Of a stretch of 64,000 bases of DNA, positions 63,151-64,000 are shown one piece after another. The DNA lies in the NCBI GenBank assembly GCA_014905635.1, contig JABVCE010000030.1, positions 62,001 to 126,000 on the forward strand, given 5' to 3'. The first letter of the stretch is position 1. Each line of letters opens with the position of its first letter. A program made the position numbers and the translations under genes. The DNA comes from Scenedesmus sp. PABB004. Its lineage: Eukaryota. Below the pieces are notes generated by a model. It was not told where the DNA came from. It was given only the letters and a program-made list of their open reading frames with translations, and searched no databases.

Positions 63151-64000
63151 ATGCGCTTGGTGGCGCCTGGGCTCGCCCCTCTGCGCCCGCCGCTGCTGCG
63201 GCGCCGAGCGGCCGTCGCTGCCGGTGCTGCTGCTGGCGCGACGCCGCCGGCGGGCGGCGCAGCCGCGCAGCCCGGCGCCGCCGCGCCCAGGGTGGCCGGG
63301 GGGCGGCCGAGGAAGGACGCCGCGCCAGCGCCCACGGCGCAGCAGGCGTCGGACACGGGCGCGGGCGCGACGCGCCGGCGGCCGCGCCAGCCGAGCGGCG
63401 GCGCGGCGGCTGCCGCGGCGGCGGAGACGCCGCCGCACCAGCAAGAGCAGCAGCAGCAGCAAGAGCAGCAGCAGCAGCAGCAGCAGGAGCAGGCTCCGCA
63501 TGATTTGACGGCGGCACGGGAGGCGGCGGCGGCGCTCGCGACGGAGCCTGGCGCCGGCGAGCCGCCGGGCGTCGTCCCCACGCAGGACGTGTGGGCGCGC
63601 GAGCTGCGGCACTTCCAGGTGCGGCGGCCGGAGCGCCGCGCCTCGGCGACACGGCCGCCCGCGGCGGCGCGGCGCGGCCCGCTGCGACCCACGCCCCCGC
63701 GCCGGCCCCGCGTCCGCGGCCGCGCCCAGGGCATGCTGCTGAGCCCGGCGCGGCCGTGGGTGCGGCGGTTCATTCTGCGCCACTGCTACGAGGCCAACGG
63801 CGCCGCGGCGCGCGCGTGGTACCGGGGGCTGGCGCCACGGCGCATGCACGCCATCATGCGCGAGTGAGCGGCGCGGCGGGCGGCGGCGGGCCCCACGGCG
63901 GGGCGGCGCGGCGCCCCGCGCGGGCTGGGCGCCCCAACGTGCCGCGCCCTGACGTGCCACGCGCCGTGCGCGCGTGCTGCGCCGCGCCGCAGTCGGCTGC
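63151..64000 (+). CDS. Unknown protein with transit-peptide-like N-terminus; runs off the window end
   Basis: MRLVAPGLAPLRPPLLRRRAAV...QDVWARELRHFQ|GMLLSPARPWVRRFILRHCYEANG..., with GTGCGG and GTGAG donors and a CAG acceptor. Confidence 0.55.

Overview
Very GC-rich, intron-dense eukaryotic nuclear DNA that looks like a chlorophyte green alga (short GC-rich spliceosomal introns, TGTAA polyadenylation-type motifs, plastid-type transit peptides, OPR-like repeat proteins). The long ORFs in the supplied track are mostly GC-driven shadows, so I rebuilt genes by joining exons by eye; gene spans run from first ATG to stop and include introns. About 23 genes are present: HGH1 (partial), a CAP/PR-1 plus bulb-lectin-like fusion, a GH5 glycoside hydrolase, a TPM-domain thylakoid protein, a BAR-PH-ArfGAP-ankyrin protein, Peter Pan, exportin-1, two OPR-like helical-repeat proteins flanking a small PD-(D/E)xK (YraN-like) nuclease gene, a DUF4336 protein, an acyltransferase-3, two inverted copies of an ARM-repeat gene flanking a secreted Cys-rich protein gene, MBD4-like glycosylase, an R2R3-MYB, TenA_E, SAE1, a PEP-mutase/isocitrate-lyase family enzyme, DPH5, RPS15A and a partial unknown gene. 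Most notable: (1) a ~4.9 kb palindromic cassette with ~1.5 kb inverted arms enclosing one complete gene; (2) the OPR / stand-alone nuclease / OPR trio; (3) at least 22 GC-AG introns; (4) telomere-like repeats on the sense strand in the 5' part of several introns; (5) a perfect 23-bp tandem repeat built from overlapping palindromes. No tRNA, rRNA, CRISPR array or recognisable transposase was seen.
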